A stretch of 64,000 bases of DNA from an uncultured Ignavibacteriaceae bacterium (lineage in GTDB: Bacteria; Bacteroidota; Ignavibacteria; Ignavibacteriales; Ignavibacteriaceae), in contig CAVUCF010000027.1 in the NCBI GenBank assembly GCA_963739915.1, positions 6,017-70,016 on the forward strand, in the 5' to 3' direction. Numbering within the stretch: the stretch's first letter is position 1; every line of letters begins with the position of its first letter. The notes under the pieces are model-generated. The model searched no databases, was not told the origin of the DNA, and saw only the letters and a list, made by a program, of their open reading frames with translations. The position numbers and the translations under genes are program-made. Below, one piece after another: positions 48,378 to 59,342 of the stretch.

Positions 48378-49688
48378 TCAGTTCGGCGGCATCTTTAAGT
48401 GAGTAGATGACTGCAATCCTTTGGAAACTTCTGGCAGTATTCCCTTTTTAACATAAATCGGTCTTATATGTTTTCGCAATTCTGGCAGATTCTTATAAAA
48501 AATAAGCCCACCAATAAGACAAATTATTCCGCTTGATAAAACAGTATATGGGGCACCAATTGTGCTGGCTAAAGTTCCTGCCATAAAACTGCCGAAGGGT
48601 GCTGTGCCCATAAAAGCCATCACATAAAGACTCATTATCCTGCCGCGCTTATCATCATCAACTAGAGTTTGAAGCAAAGTGTTTGTAGAAGCCATCTGCA
48701 TCATCATGCCAAAACCAGTAAACAGCATAAGTACAATAGAGAGATAAATATTTCTTGAAAAGGAAAAGAATAATAGTCCAAGTGAAAAAATACTTGTCGC
48801 CATCGCTATCCATTTTCCTAAACCTAAAACTGAATTTCGCGAGGCAAGATAAATAGCGCCGATCAATGCACCGCAACCAACTGCACCGAATAAAAATCCG
48901 AGTGTGTGAGAATTACCATGTAAAATGTCTCGTGCAAATACAGGCATTAAAACCGTGTAAGGCATTCCTGTCAAGCTCACCAATCCGATTAACAAAAGAA
49001 GTGCGCGGATTGGTTTGAAATTGTACGCATACTTAATCCCTTCCTTTAATCCTTCCAGCACTTTCTCTTTACTCTGGTTGTTTAGATGCGGTGAAATACG
49101 CATTAATAATAATGCCGCTATGACGGCTAAATAACTTATAGCATTAATTAAAAAGCACAACCCTTCGCCAATAGTAGAAATCAAAAATCCGGCGACGGTT
49201 GGACCAATTAATCTTGCAGCATTAAACGTCAATGAGTTTAGAGCAATTGCATTGGGCAAATCATTCCTGTCTTCAACCATATCAATTACAAAACTTTGTC
49301 TTGTCGGCATGTCAAAAGCATTTATCAATCCGGAGAATAAACTCAACAAGAGAATATGCCATATCTGAATTGAGCTGGTTAATGTGAGGAATGCAAGAAT
49401 CGACGCCTGAAGCATCGCGAGCATTTGTGTAGTGATTATAATTTTATGTTTATTGTATCTGTCAGCAAGCACTCCTGCAAATGAGGCTAAAATAAAAGTT
49501 GGAACCTGAGAGGAAAATCCTACCAGACCTAAAAGAAACGCAGAGTCAGTCAGGCGGTAAACCAGCCAGCCAAGAGCTACTTGCTGCATCCAGGTACCAA
49601 TCAGCGATAAGCTTTGTCCGCTGAAGAAAAGCCTATAGTTTTTATAACGTAACGCTCTTAGAGTCTGTTTAATAAAATCAGAAGGCAT
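48378..49688 (-). CDS. MFS transporter
   Basis: 436 aa with about 12 TM helices and the loop motif GVLADRYNKHK. Confidence 0.85.
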   Translation of the reverse strand: MPSDFIKQTLRALRYKNYRLFFSGQSLSLIGTWMQQVALGWLVYRLTDSAFLLGLVGFSSQVPTFILASFAGVLADRYNKHKIIITTQMLAMLQASILAFLTLTSSIQIWHILLLSLFSGLINAFDMPTRQSFVIDMVEDRNDLPNAIALNSLTFNAARLIGPTVAGFLISTIGEGLCFLINAISYLAVIAALLLMRISPHLNNQSKEKVLEGLKEGIKYAYNFKPIRALLLLIGLVSLTGMPYTVLMPVFARDILHGNSHTLGFLFGAVGCGALIGAIYLASRNSVLGLGKWIAMATSIFSLGLLFFSFSRNIYLSIVLMLFTGFGMMMQMASTNTLLQTLVDDDKRGRIMSLYVMAFMGTAPFGSFMAGTLASTIGAPYTVLSSGIICLIGGLIFYKNLPELRKHIRPIYVKKGILPEVSKGLQSSTHLKMPPN

Positions 49689-49753
49689 ATAACAAAGATG
49701 TAAAATATTTATGTTAATAATAAGATTATTTTTACTACAGAAAAAAATATTCT

Positions 49754-50501
49754 ATGCACAAAATTCAAATACGGTTTTACGAAGAGCTGAACGACTTCCT
49801 TCCTGAAGAAAAAAAGAAGAAACGATTTACACATCATTTCATTGACCGTACATCAGTTAAAGACTTAATAGAATCGTCTCGGAGTTCCTCATACAGAAAT
49901 TGATTTGATACTTGTTAACGGGAAGTCTGTTGGGTTTAAATATAAAATTAACGATGGAGATGATATTTCTGTTTACCCTGTCTTTGAATCGTTTGATATT
50001 ACAGATGTTCAGCATTTAAGAGCAAAGCCGCTGCGCAAACCAAAGTTTGTTGCCGATGTTCACCTCGGAAGATTAACAAGATATTTAAGAATGATGGGAG
50101 TAGATGTTTTATATAAAAATGATTTCAATGATGATGAGATTGTTGAGACTTCATTAAAAGAGAAAAGAGCAATCCTGACAAAAGACAGAGGAATACTTAA
50201 AAGAAATGAAGTAACTCACGGTTACTGGGTTCGAAGCACAAAAGTAGAAGAGCAGGTTAAAGAAGTGCTGAAAAGATTCGATCTTCAAACAGAAATTAAA
50301 GAATTCACACGCTGCATTGAATGCAATGAATTGTTGAAGCCGATTAAAAAGGAATTAATAATTAACCTGCTTCCTCCAAAAGTTGCAAAAACACAAAATG
50401 AATTTTTCGAATGCCCTGCCTGCAAAAAAATCTACTGGAAAGGAACCCACTATCTGCGAATGCTGACATTTATCCAGTCGATAAAAAACACTGAGTTATA
50501 A
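49754..50501 (+). pseudogene. Mut7-C RNase domain protein (ubiquitin-like N-domain + PIN-like DUF82 + Zn ribbon), one frameshift near 49873
   Basis: MHKIQIRFYEELNDFLP...VKDLIES[shift]LGVPHTEIDLILVNGKSV..., FVADVHLGRLTRYLRMMG, CIECN...CPACKKIYWKG. Confidence 0.75.
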
Positions 50502-50557
50502 ATGACTTATCTTTGCTTGTATATTTTTAGAAATTTCATTAAAACACTATTTACATT

Positions 50558-51772
50558 ATGTGGATTATAATTCGTCTTCTTATTGGTATAGCCGTGCTCG
50601 TTGCAGCAGAGTTTTATTTTATTAAGCGTATAAACTTTGCAACAAAACATTTTTTCCCAAAATTTTATGAAAAGAATTTTTGGCTGGTAAGAAGAGTATA
50701 TCTCATCTGGGTAAATCTCTATCCGATAGTATTATTATTTATCTTCATATACTTTGCTATCACCGGCTCATACTTAACCGCACCAGAAAATAAAATAGTT
50801 GATTACTTCTTGATTTATCCATTCTGGATTTCTTTTATTCTGATGATTCAATGCTTTCTGTTTTTTATACCGATAGATTTAATTAAACTTATAGTGTATC
50901 CACGCAGGCAATACTTAGCCAATGTTCACTCAATACTTATTTTTATAATAACGGGATTTTTTATTTTCTACATTCCTATAAGAGTGATTTACGATTATAA
51001 TACTGTTGATGTAAGAGAAATTAATTATGAAACGAGAAATCTTCCATCCCCTCTTGAAAATTTCCGAATTGCTTTTATTTCAGATATACAAGCAGATCAT
51101 TACACTGATAAAGCAAGATTAGAAAAATTTATAAACACTGTAAATTCCTTAAATCCGGATTTAATTCTAATTGCTGGCGATTTAATAACAACTGGTCCCG
51201 ACTATATTAAAATAAGTGGACAAGAAGTTGGAAAACTTAAATCGAAGTACGGCGTTTACTCCTGTGTCGGTGATCATGATAATTGGGCCTACAGAAATGA
51301 TTATGCTAAAAGCGTTGCAGAAGTTAAGGAATCTCTTTACGCTAATAATGTCCAAATGATTGATAACGGAATTAGAATTATAAAAGTCGATGATGCTGAG
51401 ATAAATGTTACGTTCATAACAAATACTTACGTAAAGACTGTGCCAACTCCGATCCTTGATAGTCTTACTTCAAACGGTTTTGGCAATTTTAAAATATTAC
51501 TTGCTCACCAGCCTCAGCCATTTTTAATTGCTGCGGCAGAAAAGAATAATTACAATCTTTACCTAGCTGGTCACACACATGGTGGACAGATTACTTTTGT
51601 TTTCCCTTTCATTCAACTGACTCCGACAATGTTTGAAACAAAATACACCAAAGGAAATTTCTGGTTTGGAGATATGCTGTTGGTTGTAACCAGAGGACTC
51701 GGAATGTCATTAGCTCCAGTTCGTTATAATTCAACTCCGGAAATAACTTTGATAAATTTGGTTAACAAATAA
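50558..51772 (+). CDS. membrane-anchored metallophosphoesterase
   Basis: About 5 N-terminal TM helices followed by ISDIQAD, AGDLITTG, GDHD and AGHTHGGQ. Confidence 0.85.
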   Translation: MWIIIRLLIGIAVLVAAEFYFIKRINFATKHFFPKFYEKNFWLVRRVYLIWVNLYPIVLLFIFIYFAITGSYLTAPENKIVDYFLIYPFWISFILMIQCFLFFIPIDLIKLIVYPRRQYLANVHSILIFIITGFFIFYIPIRVIYDYNTVDVREINYETRNLPSPLENFRIAFISDIQADHYTDKARLEKFINTVNSLNPDLILIAGDLITTGPDYIKISGQEVGKLKSKYGVYSCVGDHDNWAYRNDYAKSVAEVKESLYANNVQMIDNGIRIIKVDDAEINVTFITNTYVKTVPTPILDSLTSNGFGNFKILLAHQPQPFLIAAAEKNNYNLYLAGHTHGGQITFVFPFIQLTPTMFETKYTKGNFWFGDMLLVVTRGLGMSLAPVRYNSTPEITLINLVNK

Positions 51773-51781
51773 ATCTATTTT

Positions 51782-52574
51782 ATGCTAACCCTTACAGAAA
51801 TTAATATTTACCCCATCAAATCGCTCGGAGGAATAAGTCTTCAATCGTCAGTAGTAGAAGAACGTGGGTTGAAGTATGACAGAAGATGGGTTTTGGTTGA
51901 TGAATCAAAAACTTTCTTTACACAGAGAGATTTTCCTGAAATGGCATTGATAAAAGTTTAGTAGAGAATAATGGATTAAAACTTCAACATAAAACAAAAA
52001 ATGTTGAACCAGTTTTTATTCCGTTTGAATTTGAGCATTCAGTAAAAGACAAAGTTGTTATTTGGGATGATATGGTTACGGTGAGTTTTATAACTCAGAA
52101 ATTGATGGGTGGTTCTCAGATATTATCGTAATTAAATGCCATCTCGTAAAAATGCCTGAATCAACTATGCGGGTAGTTGACAAAACTTATGCGAAGAATA
52201 AAATTGTAAGCTTTGCTGATGGATATCCGTTTTTGATAATCGGACAGTCATCACTTGATGATCTTAATTCAAGAATGAAGTTTCCCTGCCAATGAACCGA
52301 TTTCGTACGAATTTTGTATTTACTGGCGGAAAACCCTTCGAAGAAGATGATTGGAAAAAATTCAAGATTGGTGAAATAAAGTTTCGAACTGTAAAACCAT
52401 GTGCACGATGTGTTATAACAACAACTGACCAGGAAACCGCAGAACGAGTTCACGAACCATTACTAACACTATCAAAGTACAGAAAGATTAGATAATAAAG
52501 TTATGTTCGGGATGAATCTTGTCTGCGAATCGATTGGTCAAGTGAAAGTGGGAGATATGATAAATCTTTTGTAA
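51782..52574 (+). pseudogene. MOSC domain protein, about four frameshifts
   Basis: MLTLTEINIYPIKSLGG..., ...SFADGYPFLIIGQSSLDDLN..., MNRFRTNFVFTGG..FEEDDW..., VKPCARCVITT. The frame changes near 51955, 52085, 52290 and 52488. Confidence 0.75.
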
Positions 52575-52625
52575 GTGAAATTAATTTAAGATAAATATTT
52601 TAAGTTTAAAGAAGAAAGGAAAACA

Positions 52626-52790
52626 ATGAGTAGAAAAGTTGAAGTCGCAGGAATAATGGGCCCGATTTGGTTTATGGGCTGGTTGTTTACAATCGGGTTT
52701 CTTAAGCTTACTTTTTTCCAGGGATTGCTTGCCTTGATCATCTGGCCTTATTATATAGGTGATTTTCTTTCTAAGATCCCTATTCAGTAA
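52626..52790 (+). CDS. small membrane protein (54 aa), unknown function
   Basis: It is below the ORF-track cutoff. AGGAAAACA-ATG RBS, two hydrophobic helices (IMGPIWFMGWLFTIGFL, LLALIIWPYYIG), and intact among decayed neighbours. Confidence 0.4.
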   Translation: MSRKVEVAGIMGPIWFMGWLFTIGFLKLTFFQGLLALIIWPYYIGDFLSKIPIQ

Positions 52791-52826
52791 AGAGTATGCT
52801 TTTTTAAAAACTACCTGGAGGTAAAG

Positions 52827-53520
52827 ATGAAAACAATTGGAATGATCGGTGGAACCGGCTGGCTATCAACACTTGAGTATTACCGTATCATTAACCAGGA
52901 AACCAACAAAAGACTAGGTGGATTTAAATTCAGCAAAGATCATGCTTTCATCATTCAACTACGCAGAAATTGATTTGTTAAACAAAAAAGAAGATCACGC
53001 CGGGGTTTACAAATTAGTACTGGATGCAGCACAAAAATTAAAAAAATGTTCTGTTGATTGTATTATGCTCTGTGCAAATACGCTGCATCAATACGTTGAT
53101 GATCTGGAAAAAGAAACGAATTTGAAAATCGTACACATTGCGGATGCAACAGCAAAAGAAATAAAGAGAAAAGGATTATCAAAGATCGGTCTGCTTGGAA
53201 CTAGAGTTCACAATGGAAATGGATTTTTATACTAAACGAATTGAAGGAGTCAGGAATTAAATCAATCGTTCCGGATAAGCCTGAACGATTATTTATACAT
53301 AATGCAATTATGAATGAACTTCTTAAAGGAAGAATTTAAAGCAGAAACAAAAGCAAAGTTCCTGAAGATTATTTCAGATTTGGAAAAGAATGGTGCGCAA
53401 GGAATAGTTTTGGGCTGCACAGAAATACCTCTTCTAATTAAACAAAAAGATACTCACCTCCCTGTTTTTGACACCCTTGAAATTCATGCTAAAGCTGCTG
53501 TCGACTTCGCCCTGATATAA
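52827..53520 (+). pseudogene. aspartate/glutamate racemase family protein, about four frameshifts
   Basis: MKTIGMIGGTGWLSTLEYYRIINQE..., CIMLCANTLH, GLLGTR[shift]FTMEMDFYTKR..., IVLGCTEIPLLI. The first shift is in the T3 run at 52923-52925. Confidence 0.75.
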
Positions 53521-53580
53521 TATTTTGTTTCCTCAACCGGGTGATTTAAATCAACAGGTCATTTTCTTTAATTGTGTTGA

Positions 53581-53832
53581 TTGATCTCTTGGATTATATT
53601 CCTTCAAGAATTAAAATATGTATTAATTCTTTATACTGATGGTTTAACGGAAGCTTCGGTTAATGAAATTGAGTATGGTGAAGGGAGGCTAAAAAAACAA
53701 CTGTTAAAATCTGGAACTCGTTCTGCCCAGAATATTATAAATGAATTAATCGTTGATCATAAAAGATTCCTAAAGGATTCTCCGCGCTTTGGCGATGCTA
53801 CTATTGCAATATTGAAAAAAATCCAAAACTAA
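53581..53832 (+). pseudogene. C-terminal fragment of a PP2C/SpoIIE-type phosphatase
   Basis: LILYTDGLTEA...EYGEGRLKK...GDATIAILKK is the last 65 aa or so of a SpoIIE domain. No catalytic N-terminal part lies upstream. Confidence 0.55.
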
Positions 53833-53990
53833 AATCGCAGTCAATCTTACACGAAAATCGATGTTAGGGACTTAATAACGACTATTGCCAAGGAGCAAAT
53901 AATGAATTATTTTCATAACAGAGGTTCCGCTAATTCTTAGGTTCTTAAGAATTGCTGTTATATAATTAAATTATTATTAAGGAGGCATAA

Positions 53991-55625
53991 ATGAGATCAT
54001 TTTCATTGATCTTTTTCGTTGCATTTTTATCTTTAGCTTGTAACCAGAAATTGGACAAACAAGCTCCGCTATTTACAAACCTGGGAACACTCCATTTTCC
54101 AATAACAACAACTTCCGAACTCGGTCAAAAATATTTTAACCAGGGAGTAATTCTTGCCTACGGGTTCAATCATGAAGAAGCATTCCGCTCTTTTAAAGAA
54201 GTTGCAAGGCTGGATACAAATTGTGCAATGGCTTATTGGGGTATGGCTTATGTCTTAGGTCCGAACATTAATTTACCAATGGATGCGAGTGTTATACATA
54301 GTGCATATGAAGCAATTCAAAAAGCAATTTCTTTGTTGGATGATGAAACCCCAAGAGAAAAAGATTATGTAATGGCTCTATCAAATAGATATACTAACGA
54401 AGTGCTTGAAGACAGAACTCTACTAGACCAGGCTTACTCTAATGCAATGAGAGAGTTGTCAAATAAATATCCTGACGACCTGGATGCAGCGACAATGTTC
54501 GTTGAATCAATTATGGATTTGCATCCATGGGATTACTGGTTAAAAGATGGCACACCTCAACCATGGACTCCTGAGATTCTCTTTTTGCTTGAAAGTGTTA
54601 TTGAAAGAAAGCAGGACCATATGGGAGCGAACCATCTTTACATTCATTCTATTGAAGCTTCAAAAAATCCTGAACTAGGGTTAGCTTGTGCAGATCGTCT
54701 TAGATTTTTAACCCCGGGGGCAGGACATCTTGTTCACATGCCAGCTCATATTTATATACGAGTCGGTAAATATCACGAGGGTTCTCTTGCAAATATCCGC
54801 GCGGTAAAATCTGATGAGGAATATTTAAGTCAATGCAACCAACAGGGATTTTATCCGTTATCCTACTATCCTCACAACTATCATTTTCTTTGGGCAACTG
54901 CAACACTCGAAGGTGATAGTAAAACTGCAATTGATGCGGCACTGAAAACTTCACAAAAACCACCGGATTCACTCATGGACGTTTGTGGATACCAAACACT
55001 TCAGCATTTTGCTGCTATACCTCTTTACGCTTATGTAACTTTTGGTAAGTGGAATGAGATTTTGGACTATGAAAAACCATCTAATGAGAGACCTTATATT
55101 TTGGCTATCTGGCATTATGCAAGGGCGATGGCATTCATTGCAAAAAATAATCTTGAAGATGCTGAAAAGGAACTTAAACAACTTGAAGAATTACGCTTCA
55201 ACAAAAAGATAGAAGAGCTTTCAATCTGGGGAATAAATTCCGCAGGTAACCTAATAAAAATTGCATACGAGGTAACAAGGGGAGAGTTTGAAGCAAAAAA
55301 GAAAAACTATGCTAATGCAATTGTTCATCTAAAAAAAGCGGTTGAACTCGAGGATCAGTTGAGATATGATGAACCGCCAACATGGTTTTATCCCTGCAGA
55401 CAAAACCTCGGTGCAGTATTAATTGATGCAGGAGAGTATAAGGAGGCTGAAAAAGTATATAAAGAAAACCTAAGTGAGATACCGGATAACGGATGGGGTT
55501 TGTTTGGTTTACACCAGGCATTAGTGATGCAGAGAAAAAAAAAGGAGGCTGAAGAAGTAGAAAAAAGATTTCAGGAGGCGTGGAAAAATTCTGATATTGA
55601 ACTCACCTCATCAAGAATCTTATAA
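53991..55625 (+). CDS. TPR-repeat lipoprotein, unknown function
   Basis: Lipobox LSLAC, with TPR-like helical repeats throughout (AYWGMAY..., YARAMAF...). Confidence 0.7.
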   Translation: MRSFSLIFFVAFLSLACNQKLDKQAPLFTNLGTLHFPITTTSELGQKYFNQGVILAYGFNHEEAFRSFKEVARLDTNCAMAYWGMAYVLGPNINLPMDASVIHSAYEAIQKAISLLDDETPREKDYVMALSNRYTNEVLEDRTLLDQAYSNAMRELSNKYPDDLDAATMFVESIMDLHPWDYWLKDGTPQPWTPEILFLLESVIERKQDHMGANHLYIHSIEASKNPELGLACADRLRFLTPGAGHLVHMPAHIYIRVGKYHEGSLANIRAVKSDEEYLSQCNQQGFYPLSYYPHNYHFLWATATLEGDSKTAIDAALKTSQKPPDSLMDVCGYQTLQHFAAIPLYAYVTFGKWNEILDYEKPSNERPYILAIWHYARAMAFIAKNNLEDAEKELKQLEELRFNKKIEELSIWGINSAGNLIKIAYEVTRGEFEAKKKNYANAIVHLKKAVELEDQLRYDEPPTWFYPCRQNLGAVLIDAGEYKEAEKVYKENLSEIPDNGWGLFGLHQALVMQRKKKEAEEVEKRFQEAWKNSDIELTSSRIL

Positions 55626-55671
55626 AAATTGATTGTCGGGACACAGCATACTGTGTCTCGATATTTTAAAG

Positions 55672-56694
55672 TTATAAATCCACCTGGCCATTTTTCATAA
55701 TAAGCTTTTTTGTGCCTTCAAAATATTTTACCTCTATTGTTGGTCGGTAGAACAAATAATCACGATGAATTTTTGAATTGTTGTTTCCTCCACCGGGAAA
55801 ATCTGCATTGTTACCGAACGCAAGATGTGCAGTACCCAAAGCCTTTTCATCCTCAAGCATATTACCTGTAATAATTGCTTTCGGATTGATCCCGATTCCT
55901 AATTCACCAATTACCATCGAATCTTCATCTACATTTTGAAGCTCGGTTATTTTATTGACCAGATTTTTATCTTCACCATCAAACTTCGTAATTCTACCTT
56001 TTTCCAGATAAACATTTAATGGAGTATTGAGCAAACCGATATCACCGATACTTGCATTAAAAACTACAATACCATTTGCTTCCGTTTCCAGCGGGGCGCA
56101 ATAAATTTCTCCACAGGGAAGATTGCACATTTCTCCAGGCTTGACTCCAACATCACTAACAAAAGCCCGCCCCTTAACCCCTAGCACCAGATCAGTCCCT
56201 TCATCAGTCGTGATATGAATTTGTTCTGCATTTTTGAGCAACTTTAACAATGACTCCGCATTATTTTTCATAAGTGAGTAGTTAACATTCACAGAACCAA
56301 GCATCATCGTTTCAGTTATTCCTGGCATATGCCCCATTTTAATTAACTTATTTTCTTCCACTTTAAAGATCCACTTAATACGAAATGGAATTTCTTCGGG
56401 ATATGCTTTGATAATATTAAGAACAATACTTTTTCCATTTAACATTTTCAAAAGATTATCGGGTAGTTCTTTCAACGGACGGTTTCGCTCATTAATCTCG
56501 AACGACTCTACATCACAACCGGCATTTGCACACGCGTCTCTGAAAGCTTCAGCTACTGCTTTACAATGAATGTCATTTAGAATGAGTACTTTATCATTTG
56601 TAGAAATACCAAACAATTCCTTCATAGCAAGAGATGCGGCAACTGACATCTTATCTTTTTCATTCATTTTAGGTCCCTTAATTGAATTATTCAC
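55672..56694 (-). CDS. aminopeptidase (M29 / PepS-like family)
   Basis: ...GEIYCAPLE..., GTAHLAFGNN...GGNNNSKIHRDYLF. The true start may be the Met 9 codons downstream. Confidence 0.65.
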   Translation of the reverse strand: MNNSIKGPKMNEKDKMSVAASLAMKELFGISTNDKVLILNDIHCKAVAEAFRDACANAGCDVESFEINERNRPLKELPDNLLKMLNGKSIVLNIIKAYPEEIPFRIKWIFKVEENKLIKMGHMPGITETMMLGSVNVNYSLMKNNAESLLKLLKNAEQIHITTDEGTDLVLGVKGRAFVSDVGVKPGEMCNLPCGEIYCAPLETEANGIVVFNASIGDIGLLNTPLNVYLEKGRITKFDGEDKNLVNKITELQNVDEDSMVIGELGIGINPKAIITGNMLEDEKALGTAHLAFGNNADFPGGGNNNSKIHRDYLFYRPTIEVKYFEGTKKLIMKNGQVDL

Positions 56695-56875
56695 TTCCTG
56701 AACATAGTTTGTAATTAAAGAAAAATCAACTTTTTGCTCTAAACTTATTCAAGCTACTTTCCTGTATCATAATTTTGAAGGAAAATTAATAGTTAGGCAA
56801 TAGCAATTATTTTATTTAGTTTTGAAGCCTCCGGTAATAGACCGGTATTTTTTAAACATTTTTTTTGGAGTTCTA

Positions 56876-57127
56876 GTGAGTACTAAGTTATTTGTGGGTT
56901 CTCTCCCATGGTCGATTAACGACGAGAAATTAAAAGAAGCATTTGAAGAACACGGAAACGTTGTTTCTGCTAAAGTAGTTATGGATCGGACTACTGGCAA
57001 ATCAAGAGGATTCGGATTCGTTGAAATGGGAAGTGCCGACGATGCAAAAAAAGCCATCAAGGCTTTGCATGATTCGGAATTAGACGGAAGAAATATCGTA
57101 GTTAATGAAGCTAAATCTCGTGATTAA
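56876..57127 (+). CDS. RRM-type RNA-binding protein
   Basis: RNP-2 LFVGSL and RNP-1 RGFGFVEM. GTG start 5 nt after GGAG. The upstream part of the tracked ORF is not protein-like. Confidence 0.85.
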   Translation: MSTKLFVGSLPWSINDEKLKEAFEEHGNVVSAKVVMDRTTGKSRGFGFVEMGSADDAKKAIKALHDSELDGRNIVVNEAKSRD

Positions 57128-57153
57128 CAAGTTATTTCATAATTAAATTCTGA

Positions 57154-57184
57154 AAGGCGTCCAACGGGCGCCTTTTTTATTTTG
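57154..57184 (+). terminator. rho-independent terminator after the RRM gene
   Basis: AGGCGTCC-AAC-GGGCGCCT followed by TTTTTATTTT. Confidence 0.75.
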
Positions 57185-57435
57185 AATCTGATTTCTTCAA
57201 TCTGCTATAGTTATGATACTGAAAAATCTTTATCTAACTGAAACGGTCAATAACGAATTTCCAATAAATAAAGTAAATCTTAATAAAATTCCTTCTGTAA
57301 TTCAGTAGAACTTTGGGCTGACCTCAAGTGTTGTAGAAAAAACAATCAGTCACTTTAAAGAGCTGAAAGATATTTACGGCTAAATTTCATTAAATTGCTC
57401 AATAAAAACCTCTCAGTTTTACTCAAAAGAACTCA

Positions 57436-59342
57436 ATGAAGAATATCATTATCAACTGTTTCTTGCTCTGTTTCATTTTTGGTTTGAATAAAACCAACGC
57501 CTGGGTTTATCCTGAACATCGGGATATAACCTTAATAGCAATTGAAAAACTCCCATCGACTTACCGAGCACAACTCGATACACTCTGGTCGCAAGCCAGA
57601 ATTGGTTATGAATTTAGGTTATCTCCTGTTGTAATTGATCCGGAACTATTAACAAATCCTCAGTTATATAGATTATGCGGCGTGGCCAGCCATTGCTGGC
57701 GATCATTCCTGCTCTGCTGAAAATATGTTACATAATATTCTTCAAACTGAATGGATAATGCAGGTTGCTGATATTACTGCACAATTAAAGATTGATCTTG
57801 CATTTGCTAAGGAAAGAGATGACCGGATTAATGCTCTAAGAGAATCCGATTTACGTTTACAGGGGGCTGATCCTGACTATGCAACACGGGCTGGATCTAA
57901 TAATGTACATTTCCTTCTGGCACTTCCTGATGTGAATATGACTTCATTAAATTATGTTTTATCATGTTTAATTGAAGGTGCTGAATTGAACGCAATCAGT
58001 GCATATGCATGGTATCACTACAGTGCTTTATCCAAAGCATCGATGCTGGTAAATCAAAACCTAACTCAGGAGGAACGTTCAGCAATTATCCTTTCTGCAC
58101 TTGCTGATGAAGCATTTGCGATACATTTTTTAGAAGATACCTTTGCAGCTGGTCACGTTGCAGGTACCTGGGGAGATGCTTCACAAAGAAAAGGGACACA
58201 CGATTATTACAACGAATTTGGTTTAAGGACCAGCCTCTGGAATGGAGAAAAGGTTGTATTAACAGGTGATGCCTGGATGCGAACCGAAGATGCTGAAAGA
58301 GCTGCTTATACGGTCCGATTAAGCATTGAACAATTAATTGATGCAACTAAAGGTAAATATCCTACCATCATATATAAGGGAGAGGAAAAGACTCCGACCC
58401 CTGGAAATTTTAATGTTTGTAAAAATAACTACGTGCCTGCTCACGAAAAGAATCTGGATTTTGAAGCGCCGTTAAGTGAAGTATTCACCAAAACTCCTGT
58501 TCCTGCTCTTGAAGAAGGATTGGGTGACCTCCCACGTTTTAGAGCAGAAGTTGGTCCATTTGTTGGCTTTTCTCCTGCTCTCCGAGGTTCACTAATCTTT
58601 GGGGCATTCGGTCTTGATCAAACTACTTTGGGTGCCGTTGGTGGACTTGAAATTGCGATACGTGTTGGTGTTGGGTTGGATGGTGTATTAAATGAATCCG
58701 GCGATGGATTAATATTTCTTGGAGTTGGCTGGCGACAGGATGGTTCTTCTTCAACAGGAGTAGTCGATGCAGAAGATCTTGCAAGTTACGGAAATTTATT
58801 GGCTGCTATTCCCGGACGTTCTGCATTTAATTTCAGATTTAGAATTCCATATTATGTAATACCAGGAGATTTATTAATTGCAGGACCCATTTTATTTTTT
58901 CTCGACAAAGAGTTATTAACTGATATGGGTGTGACTGCTGTTAATGGCGGACTTATCGGTTGGGAAGCTGGTATTGAAACTTCCTTTGGACGATTTCAGT
59001 TTGTACTTGGAAGAGAAATTGCAGTATATTTCTTCGGTCGGACTAAAGAAAAGGATGCCTTGTTTAACTTTTCACCAGACCAGAACGGTATGAAAATCGA
59101 TTTACATACTTTCTTACGAATCAACACAATTTGAATTTCCATTTTTAGAATACAGGCCATTCAGATCCTTTTCAACTGATCAGAGCTCTTCTCTGCTTGT
59201 ACAATTTTACGGAGGATTTGACGTGCCGAGTAACGTTCAGGATAGATCCACTCTTGAAGAAAAAACTTCATACGTACCTTCGCTAAAAACTGTTTGGTAT
59301 ATTGGTGCAAGATTAGTTTTTGATTGGAGACATTATTTTTAA
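57436..59342 (+). pseudogene. secreted protein of unknown function (N-terminal Zn-phospholipase-C/P1-nuclease-like motifs; beta-rich C-terminal half ending in Phe), two frameshifts
   Basis: Signal peptide, then W-VYPEH. After a shift near 57665 the sequence reads ...IDYAAWPAIAGDHSCSAENMLHN..., followed by HFLEDTFAAGH. A shift at 59090-59132 extends it to ...VWYIGARLVFDWRHYF*. Confidence 0.6.
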
